From: an uncultured delta proteobacterium
GTDB taxonomy: Bacteria > Myxococcota_A > Polyangia > Fen-1088
Direction: 5' to 3'
Length of the DNA: 64,000 bases
Assembly (NCBI GenBank): GCA_963737265.1
Contig: CAVTRY010000011.1
Span: 672,001-736,000, forward strand
The notes beneath the pieces are model-generated. The model did no database searches. It saw only the letters and a program-made list of their open reading frames with translations, and was not told the DNA's origin. Position numbers and translations under genes: made by a program. Shown in pieces: positions 10,164 to 17,855 of this stretch (positions are counted from its first letter, which is position 1; every line of letters starts with the position of its first letter).

Positions 10164-11663
10164 TTGAAGCCGGTCACCGACGCCCAAGTGAGGCGTTTGA
10201 TGGAAGAGATGAGCAAGATTGGAAAAGTAGGCCAGGCCGCCATGAAGGCGGGCATGGACCGGAAGACAGGGCGGCGATACATCGCCGCGGGCAAGCTACC
10301 GTCGGAGCTACGGCAGCCGCGGTGGTGGCGGACGCGCCCTGACGCGTTCGCCGAGGACTGGCCAGCCGTGGCCAAGTTGCTGGAGGAAACGCCTGGGCTG
10401 GAGGCTCAGACGGTGCTGGAGCTGCTGGAGGCGAAGCAGCCAGGGCGGTACAACGAGAGCCATCTTCGGACAATGCAGCGGCGAATCCGTCGCTGGCGGG
10501 CCGAGCATGGTCCTGCGCGTGAGATTTGGTTCACGCAGGCGCATCGGCCCGGTGAAGCCGCGCAAACCGACTTCACGTCGACGGCGGAGCTTGGTGTGAC
10601 GATCGTGGGCCAGCTATTTGTGCACCTTTTGTGCGTGACGGTGCTGCCGTACTCGAACTGGCAATGGGCGACCGCGTGTCTGTCGGAGTCTCTGGCAGCG
10701 CTTCGGCGAGGGATCCAGTCGGCGCTGTTCCAGCTTGGGCGGGTGCCGCGATACCACCAAACCGACCACTCGACGGCGGCGACACATCAGATCGCTCGCG
10801 ATGCGGAAGATCGCACTTTCAACGATGAATACAAGGCGGTCATGCGGCACCTCGGAATGGAGCCACGAACTACAGCCGTCGGGGCCAAGGAACAAAACGG
10901 CGATGTGGAGGCCAGCAACGGCGCGCTCAAGCGTCGGCTTGAACAAGCGCTGCTGGTGCGTGGCAGCCGCGACTTCGCGGACCAAGACGACTACGAACGC
11001 TTCGTAGCCAAGGTGGTCCGCAAAGCCAACGCTTCGCGAGGCCCGCGCGTCGCCGAGGAGATCGAAGCCATGCGGCCGCTGGTGGTGGAGCGTTTGCCGG
11101 AGTACGCAGAAATGACGGCACCTGTGGCGTCGACGAGCACCATCCGGGTCAAGTCGTGCGCCTACTCGGTGCCGTCGAGGCTGATCGGCGCACGGGTGAG
11201 AGTCCGCGTGTTCGAGCACCGAATCGAGGTGTACTACGCCGACAACTTGGAATTGGCCTGCGACAGGCTGCGAGGCAAGACCGCGCGCATCGACTACCGG
11301 CACGTCATCTGGTCTTTGGTGCGCAAGCCGGGCGCGTTTTCTCGCTACGTCTACCGAGAAGAGCTGTTTCCAAGCGTGACTTTCAGGCGGGCATACGACG
11401 CGATCCAGGCGACCAAGCCTGGAATCAAAGGCGACGTTGAATACCTGCGCATTCTTCACCTGGCCGCCAGCACGATGGAAGCCGATGTTGAGCAAGCGCT
11501 CACGACTCTGCTTGCCGATGGGACCATCTTGACGGCGGATGCAACCAAGAAGAGATGCACACAGGCGACGGACAGTACCTATCCACCGAGCGTCCCCGCG
11601 CTCGAAGCACCGCTGGTCGATCTCGCGTCCTACGACCTGCTCCTCGAACAGGTGGCATCATGA
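10164..11663 (+). CDS. istA: IS21 transposase IstA
   Basis: N-terminal HTH (MDRKTGRRY), QTDF/TD/NGDVE DDE core, YSVPSRLIG; AGGAGG before the TTG start. Confidence 0.93.
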   Translation: MKPVTDAQVRRLMEEMSKIGKVGQAAMKAGMDRKTGRRYIAAGKLPSELRQPRWWRTRPDAFAEDWPAVAKLLEETPGLEAQTVLELLEAKQPGRYNESHLRTMQRRIRRWRAEHGPAREIWFTQAHRPGEAAQTDFTSTAELGVTIVGQLFVHLLCVTVLPYSNWQWATACLSESLAALRRGIQSALFQLGRVPRYHQTDHSTAATHQIARDAEDRTFNDEYKAVMRHLGMEPRTTAVGAKEQNGDVEASNGALKRRLEQALLVRGSRDFADQDDYERFVAKVVRKANASRGPRVAEEIEAMRPLVVERLPEYAEMTAPVASTSTIRVKSCAYSVPSRLIGARVRVRVFEHRIEVYYADNLELACDRLRGKTARIDYRHVIWSLVRKPGAFSRYVYREELFPSVTFRRAYDAIQATKPGIKGDVEYLRILHLAASTMEADVEQALTTLLADGTILTADATKKRCTQATDSTYPPSVPALEAPLVDLASYDLLLEQVAS

Positions 11664-12508
11664 CCAACGTCTCCGTAGACACGGTCAAGCCGAGCGCGCT
11701 CGACGCTCTGCTGGTGCTTCTGCGCGCGCTCAAGCTGCCTGCCTTCACCCGGCACGCCGAGGAGATCGCGATCAAGGCCAGCCGCGAGGGGTGGACCTTC
11801 AGCCAATACCTCCAGCACCTGGCCGAACTGGAAATCGAAGAGCGCCGAACCCGTCGCATCGATCGCGCGCTTCGCGATTCGGACCTTCCCACGGAGAAAA
11901 CCCTGGCCACCCTGGAACGTGGTCGGCTGTCACCCAAGGTGATGAAGCAGATGGCGAGCCTGTGTGAGGGTGGCTTTGTCGAACGTGGGGAGAACCTGCT
12001 CGTCTTCGGACTGCCCGGCCGAGGCAAAAGTCACGTTGTGGCTGCCATCGGCCACGAACTCATCCGGCGCGGCTACCGGGTCCTCTTCACGCCGACCTTC
12101 GCGCTTGTCCAGAGGCTGCTGGCCGCCAAGCGCGACCTTCGCCTGGAACGAGAACTGGCCGCGCTCGACATCTATCACGCCGTGATCCTCGACGACATCG
12201 GCTACGTCCAGCAGAGCCGCGATGAAATGGAGGTCCTTTTCACCTTCCTGGCCGAGCGGTACGAACGCAAGAGCGTCCTCATCACCAGCAACCTGGTCTT
12301 CAGCGATTGGATCCGCATTTTCAAGGATCCCATGACCACCGCCGCCGCCATCGACCGACTGGTCCACCACGCGGTCATCCTTGAGATGACCGGCCCCAGC
12401 TACCGCAGCGAAGAAGCACGAAAGAGAGGCGTCACCACCCCAGCGACAACTACGACAACTACCGATCAACCAACGACAACTACCCCCGACAACAATGGGG
12501 CGATGTAA
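11660..12508 (+). CDS. istB: IS21 helper ATPase IstB
   Basis: GLPGRGKSH Walker A, ILDDIGY, ITSNL.FS.W, AAIDRLVHHA. Confidence 0.95.
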   Translation: MTNVSVDTVKPSALDALLVLLRALKLPAFTRHAEEIAIKASREGWTFSQYLQHLAELEIEERRTRRIDRALRDSDLPTEKTLATLERGRLSPKVMKQMASLCEGGFVERGENLLVFGLPGRGKSHVVAAIGHELIRRGYRVLFTPTFALVQRLLAAKRDLRLERELAALDIYHAVILDDIGYVQQSRDEMEVLFTFLAERYERKSVLITSNLVFSDWIRIFKDPMTTAAAIDRLVHHAVILEMTGPSYRSEEARKRGVTTPATTTTTTDQPTTTTPDNNGAM

Positions 12509-12544
12509 TTGACGTCACCGGGTGAATGTAGTTGACGTCCAGCA

Positions 12545-12801
12545 ACTTTCGGCGCCCGGGATCCCCTCCCAGTGTACCCGGGATCCCCTCCTCCGGGATC
12601 CCCTCCGAGGGTACTTTCCAGTGCCGGGATCCCCTCCGAGGGTACTTTCGGCGCCCGGGATCCCCTCCCAGTGTACCCGGGATCCCCTCCGAGGGTACTT
12701 GAGCCGTGGCAGCGCGGGCCCGGATCTCCCGGATCCCCTCCGAGGGTACTCCTCCCCGGGATCCCCTCCCCAGCCGGGAAAACCCGTCCGAGGGTACTTT
12801 T
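12545..12801 (+). repeat. Stuttered repeat array 1, right part, leading into the transposase gene
   Basis: About 10 further units starting with CCGG(G)A, 5 with TCCGAGGGT. Confidence 0.95.
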
Positions 12802-12839
12802 CCTCGCAACTTTCTGCTGCCGTTTCCGAGAACCCATGC

Positions 12840-13793
12840 ATGACCCTCCCTCGCCAGGTCGTGCCCGGCCGTGACTACATGATTACTCGTCGCTGTTCCG
12901 AGCGGCGCTTTTTCCTGCGCCCCGACGAAGACACAAACAACGCCTTCATCTATTATTGCCTGGCCCTGGCCGCCAGACGGGCCAAGGTGGAGGTCACGTT
13001 CTCGGTGGCTCTCTCGAACCACCACCACACCGGCATCCACGACCCCGACGGCAACTTCCCCATCTTCATCGAACACTTTCACGGCCTGCTCGCTCGCTGC
13101 CAAAACGCCTATCTCGGCCGCTTCGAAGGCTTCTGGTCATCCGAGCCAACCTCCGTGGTTCATCTGGTCGAGCCCAACGATATCCTCGACAAGATGACCT
13201 ATGCCTTCACCAATCCAACCGCCGCAAATCTGGTCGACACCGTCGAAGAATGGCCTGGCGTCGCCACGTTCCATGCGACCATTTCAGGCGGCCACCTCAC
13301 GGCGACGCGGCCGAAGCACTTCTTTCGCGACGATGGCGACTTGCCTGAAATCGCCAGCCTACCCATCGCGCGGCCGCAGGGCTATCAGCACCTCGATCAG
13401 CGCGAATGGGCCAGCCTCGTTACCGAACGCGTTCGCGCCGAGGAAGCAGACCAGCGCCAACGGCGGGTCGCCAAGGGCATCACCGTGCTCGGACGATACC
13501 GAATCTTGGAGCAGAATCCTTTTCAATGTCCACAGAGCCAGGCCCCGCGATTCCAGATGAGCCCGCGCGTGGCCGCGAAGAACAAGTGGGCGCGTATCGA
13601 GGCGCTCCTGCGCAACCGGGGCTTCATCGAGAAGTACCGGGATGCCTTCCTGGGTCACATGGCCGGGTTGGCGAACATCGTATTTCCCTTTGGCACCTAC
13701 TGGATGCGTAAGTTCGGCAAAGTCGCCTGCGAGGCCGCCGACGCCGTCGAGCAAGCGATCCTCTGCCCGCCCTTGGATCCCGCCGCCGCGTAG
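12840..13793 (+). CDS. RAYT-like HUH/Y1 tyrosine transposase, copy A (intact, 317 aa)
   Basis: YMITRRC, SNHHH (HUH), FW, Y..TNP..A.LV (catalytic Tyr), EWPG, plus a long C-terminal extension. The longer track ORF from 12522 is read-through across repeats. Confidence 0.85.
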   Translation: MTLPRQVVPGRDYMITRRCSERRFFLRPDEDTNNAFIYYCLALAARRAKVEVTFSVALSNHHHTGIHDPDGNFPIFIEHFHGLLARCQNAYLGRFEGFWSSEPTSVVHLVEPNDILDKMTYAFTNPTAANLVDTVEEWPGVATFHATISGGHLTATRPKHFFRDDGDLPEIASLPIARPQGYQHLDQREWASLVTERVRAEEADQRQRRVAKGITVLGRYRILEQNPFQCPQSQAPRFQMSPRVAAKNKWARIEALLRNRGFIEKYRDAFLGHMAGLANIVFPFGTYWMRKFGKVACEAADAVEQAILCPPLDPAAA

Positions 13794-13885
13794 CTGGTGC
13801 CTTCCCATCAAATGAAAATCGCGGTCCCCGCCCGCGCGCTTGCAACATCGCAAGGCCCCTCCCTCTCTCTTCAGATCCTGCCGTG

Positions 13886-14340
13886 AGCTCGCTGCTTGTC
13901 GATTCTGGAGGAATCGCCGCGCAGCACTGGAATGTTGCTCCGGGCCCGCTGCTCGTGCGACTGCCCGATCCGTTGTTCCTTTCCCGCGAACGACCCTCGG
14001 ACCGGAACCACGGGGAACCACGAACGACCCTCGGACCGGAACCACGCAGCTCGCTGCTTGTCGATTCTGGAGGGATCGCCGCGCAGCACTGGAATGTTGC
14101 TCCGGGCCCGCTGCTCGTGCGACTGCCCGATCCGTTGTTCCTTTCCCGCGAACGACCCTCGGACCGGAACCACGCGAACGCGAACGACCCGACCGGAACC
14201 ACGGGGAACCACGAACGACCCTCGGACCGGAACCACGCGGACCGGAACCACGGGGAACCACGAACGACCCTCGGACCGGAACCACGCGGACCGGAACCAC
14301 GCGAACGACCCTCGGACCGGAACCACGGAACCACGGACCG
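13886..14340 (-). repeat. Stuttered repeat array 2 (minus-strand unit CGTGGTTCCGGTCCGAGGGTCGTTCG) with a 127-bp duplication
   Basis: 6 full ACCCTCGGA cores on the + strand plus truncated units; 13886-14012 matches 14048-14174 with 1 mismatch. Confidence 0.93.
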
Positions 14341-14433
14341 AGAATACTCTTCGACATCAACGAATGAATGATTGAGCGCTCACTGCGCACAGGACCTCCG
14401 CCCGGGCACGCGCAAGGCTGACGCCTTTCGCGC

Positions 14434-15566
14434 CTATTTCTGTCCGTTTCCGCCGAATTCGCGCGGCTCGACAACCAGAGGGGGAGTTCCTTTCCCGGAC
14501 GCGGTAACATGAATCACGTCGATATCCACCGCGTCGAGATCTGCAATGTGCGGTGGCCCGAGCCGGATGGTGTTCTTTCCCGCCGCAAGGGTCAGCGAAG
14601 TCGTGGCTGCGTGGATGACATCCCAAGAGCCGCCGAAACAAGGGAACTGCCAGAAGGGCGTGGTGTGGTTGGCACCATCGATCTGCGTCCCGTTCACCGC
14701 GATAAGGTGCGGCCGACACCCAGGCTGTGGATTCGCCTTGGGATTGAAGTAGGTCATCCAGGTCGGGGCCGGGACGCCGCCGCAATCGGCGTCAGTCCAG
14801 TTGTCGTTATTCCCGCAGTGGTACCACCAGGTGATGTCGTAGGCCCCAGCGGCGGGCACGGTGACGGCGGTGAAGGTCACGCCACTGCCGTTGGTTCCGC
14901 CACGGCCAAGAAGTTGCGTAAGCTTGCCACCCCCGCTGCAGCAAACCGCGCCTTCCGCCACTGTCTTGCAGGTCGGCCCGCACGGCGTCACCTCTACTGT
15001 CCCCCCCAATTTCGAAGTTTCCGGGATATTTTCCGGCGCCTCGGCCTCGTACCAGAGGTCGACGTCCCCCCCGCGATCGTGCCGCCCGCACCGCCGGTGC
15101 CGCTCGTGCCGCCCGCGGCACTCGTGCCACCCGCAGCACTCGTGCCGCCCGCGGCGCTCGTGCCGCCCTTCGACGTTGCGCCGCCAGTTCCGGGAATGGC
15201 GCCCGCAGCACCGCCAGCCGAAGTTGAACCTCCCAACCCTCCTGAACTCGCAACGCCACCAGTCGACGCCCCGCCCGCTGCACTCGCTCCGCCCGCGGTC
15301 GTTGCGCCCCCAGCGGCAGTCACGCCCCCGGCAGTTGATGCCCCACCGCCACCGCTACCTCCTGCGCTCGCGACTGTTCCGCCAGCGGAAGTCGCTCCGC
15401 CGGAGCCTGGAAGCGCGCCGCCAAAGCCACCGCTCTTTCCCCCTGATACGGTCGCGCCACCCGTACCAGTGGCGGTGCCGGTGTTCGACGTGCAGCTAGC
15501 CGCCAGCAAGGCGACCAACGCAGCGCCGGCCCAAAGACTGAAACGACAGCAGAATGAACGCGTCAT
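14434..15566 (-). pseudogene. Frameshifted Gly-rich lipoprotein with a CBM35/CBM6-like domain
   Basis: Signal LAASC and Gly linker in one frame; YEAEA...WWYHCG...GCRPHLI...QFPC in another; shift near 15050-15072; paralog of 15677-16828. Confidence 0.75.
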
Positions 15567-15676
15567 GGGAACCTCGTCGATGAAAAAGGGTGGAGTGGCG
15601 GACAAGAGGATCGAAAGCGTGTGGGAGTCAATGGATCTTGTCAGCGCGTGGGTCGACCGCGCGCAGTAGCGATCGG

Positions 15677-16828
15677 TCAGGAACCAGACACGACCGGCGT
15701 AACCAGCTTCGGCCAGAGGGGGTCTGGGGCGACTCCCTTCCCATTCGGCTGTACATCCAGCGCATCAATGTCCGCGGCGTCCAGCGTGGTCGCGCCGGGC
15801 GCGTGGATGAGAATGGTGTTCGCTCCGGCTTTCAACGGAAGGGACGTCGTCGCGCCGTGAAGAGTGGACCAAGGCGCTGTGTAACAAGGGAACTGGTAGT
15901 AGAGCGCCGTCTGGCCGCCTACGGTCGATGACATCGGAACGCCGTTCACATCGATGAGATGTGGCCGGCACCCTGTGCCCGCCCCGGTGTTGTAGTTGAG
16001 TCCACCGCACTTGGTGTCTCCAAAGACGTCAGCGTGCCCGGGTGTGTCCGGCCCGCAATGGTACCACCACGTGACGTCGTAGTTGCCTGCAGCTGGGACG
16101 GTGACCGCATTGAATTGGACTCCCCCACCCTTGTTTTGGCAATTTGTGTAGCTTGACGTTGAAGTGGGCGGATCGCACGGGCTTCGTCCGAGAATTTGAT
16201 TAACAACCTTCCCACCTGAGGCGCAATTGGCACCCTCCTTCACCCCGTCCACTGCGCAGGGGGCGCCCTCTCCAGCGGTCACGCCTTCGACTGGATAGGT
16301 CAGCGTGTTCAGTGGGGACTCGGCCTCGTATCTCATGAAGAAGTTGGCCGGCACATCCGAGCCACCGCCCACACCGCTCGATCCTCCTGCGGAGGATCCT
16401 CCTGCACCACCTGCGTTGACGCCGCCGGTCCCAGCTAAACTGCCGCCGGCTTGCCCCGCATCTGGAACCGTGTTTCCGCCGGTGAAACTGTTGCCGCCAG
16501 TGCCAGTCGTCACGCCACCGGTACCTGGCTGGCCCCCGGTCTGCGCCGCTCCGCCGTTCTGGCTCCCTCCGCCGCCGGTGCCACTCGACACCACAGTTGA
16601 CGCTCCACCGCCACTGCTACCTCCCGTGCTCGCGACTGTTCCGCCAACGGAAGGCGCTCCACCGAAGCCTGGAAGCGCGCCGCCAACGCTGTCGCTCGCT
16701 CCCCCTGATGCGGTCGCGCCACCGGTAGCAGTGGTACTGCTGGTCTTCGACGTGCAGCTAGCCGCGAGCAAGGCGACCAATGCACCGCCGGCCCAAAGAC
16801 TGGAACGACAGCAGAATAGACACGTCAT
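15677..16828 (-). CDS. Gly-rich lipoprotein with a Cys-containing CBM35/CBM6-like domain
   Basis: Lipobox LAASC; YEAE...GVQFNAVTVPAAGNYDVT...L.LKAGANTI...DIDAL.V. Confidence 0.75.
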   Translation of the reverse strand: MTCLFCCRSSLWAGGALVALLAASCTSKTSSTTATGGATASGGASDSVGGALPGFGGAPSVGGTVASTGGSSGGGASTVVSSGTGGGGSQNGGAAQTGGQPGTGGVTTGTGGNSFTGGNTVPDAGQAGGSLAGTGGVNAGGAGGSSAGGSSGVGGGSDVPANFFMRYEAESPLNTLTYPVEGVTAGEGAPCAVDGVKEGANCASGGKVVNQILGRSPCDPPTSTSSYTNCQNKGGGVQFNAVTVPAAGNYDVTWWYHCGPDTPGHADVFGDTKCGGLNYNTGAGTGCRPHLIDVNGVPMSSTVGGQTALYYQFPCYTAPWSTLHGATTSLPLKAGANTILIHAPGATTLDAADIDALDVQPNGKGVAPDPLWPKLVTPVVSGS

Positions 16829-17042
16829 GAGGACCTCATCAATGAAACGGTGGATTGGGAAAATGGAGGATCGAAAGGATCGGAGTCAATGGCTCATGCG
16901 GGCGGTGTCCTGCCAGCGGTGCCCACACCGGTTGTGGGACGTAGACAGACCTCCCAAAGCTTCTATCGGCTCAGGCGCAGGTTGCCGTTCTTTGGTGTTT
17001 TTCTGTTGCGCTATGAATGGTCCCGTGCTACGCGTCTGGTCT

Positions 17043-17855
17043 ATGGCTTTTCCCGTACGCTCATCCCTAGTTCTTGGCTTGGTGACGCTCGCATTCGCGG
17101 GTTCCGCCTCCGCCGCCGATAGGGCGAAGTCGAGGGGAGCGCGGGAGAAAGCCGCCAAGAAGGCGTGTTCTGTGGGGGACTTCCAAAAGGGCGTGGATAT
17201 CCTGGGAGATCTCTTCGTCGAAACCAACGATTTCAACTACGTCTACAACCAGGGCAGATGTCTCCAGCAAAACAGCCGCTGGGAGCAAGCCGTCAATCGA
17301 TTTCGCGAATTCCTGCGTAAAGCAAAGGATCTTTCTGAGAGTGACAGAGTCGAGGTCGATCGTCAAGTCAGCGAATGCGAAAATTCGCTCGCCAAGGCGG
17401 CCCAGGTGGCGCCACCACCGGTCACCGCGGCGCCGCCGACGGTCGCGCGCGTCGAAACGCCGGACCCTGCGCCTGAACCGACGACACCCGAGGTCGCGAC
17501 CAAGCCGACTCCACCGCCGTCGGACGGCAGTCAAGGCAAGGGCCTTCGTACCGCCGGAATCATCTGCGCGGTCGTCGGACTTGCCGCGGTCGGCACCGGC
17601 GTCGGCTTGGCCTTGAAAACCCAAAGTATCACTTCCGATGAGAAGACGGCGGGAGGAGCCACCAAGTCCCAGGAGGATGAGCGCAAGTCCCTGATAACCT
17701 TGGGCTGGGTCAGCTACGGCGTCGGCGCGGCAGCTATCGCAACCGGCGCGATTCTCTATATCGTGGGTTGGCCGAGCGCCCAGTCGACCAGCGTTGCGCT
17801 GTCGCCTGTCCTCGGCCCCGACGGGGCTTCCGTGATGCTGAAAGGGAAATTCTAA
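17043..17855 (+). CDS. Secreted TPR-like protein with C-terminal membrane segments
   Basis: Signal peptide (ASAA), YNQGRC...AV.RFREFLRK, Pro linker, two hydrophobic segments. Confidence 0.7.
   Translation: MAFPVRSSLVLGLVTLAFAGSASAADRAKSRGAREKAAKKACSVGDFQKGVDILGDLFVETNDFNYVYNQGRCLQQNSRWEQAVNRFREFLRKAKDLSESDRVEVDRQVSECENSLAKAAQVAPPPVTAAPPTVARVETPDPAPEPTTPEVATKPTPPPSDGSQGKGLRTAGIICAVVGLAAVGTGVGLALKTQSITSDEKTAGGATKSQEDERKSLITLGWVSYGVGAAAIATGAILYIVGWPSAQSTSVALSPVLGPDGASVMLKGKF

Larger units (their letters stand above)
10052..12544 (+). mobile_element. Complete IS21-family insertion sequence (2493 bp)
   Basis: Ends TGCTG...CAGCA; IRs TGCTGAGCGACAATTACATC vs TGCTGGACGTCAACTACATT with internal repeat copies; 6-bp target duplication ACTTTC (10046-10051 and 12545-12550). 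Confidence 0.93.

Noticed and set aside
9919-14340. CRISPR array interpretation of the repeats
   Set aside because: No regular 25-45 nt unique spacers; units are nested truncations; no cas genes in the window.
12466-14510. Repetitive ORFs across arrays 1 and 2 (e.g. 13359-14510, 13624-14334, extension 12522-12839)
   Set aside because: Translations of non-coding repeats; all transposase copies share the MTLPRQ start.
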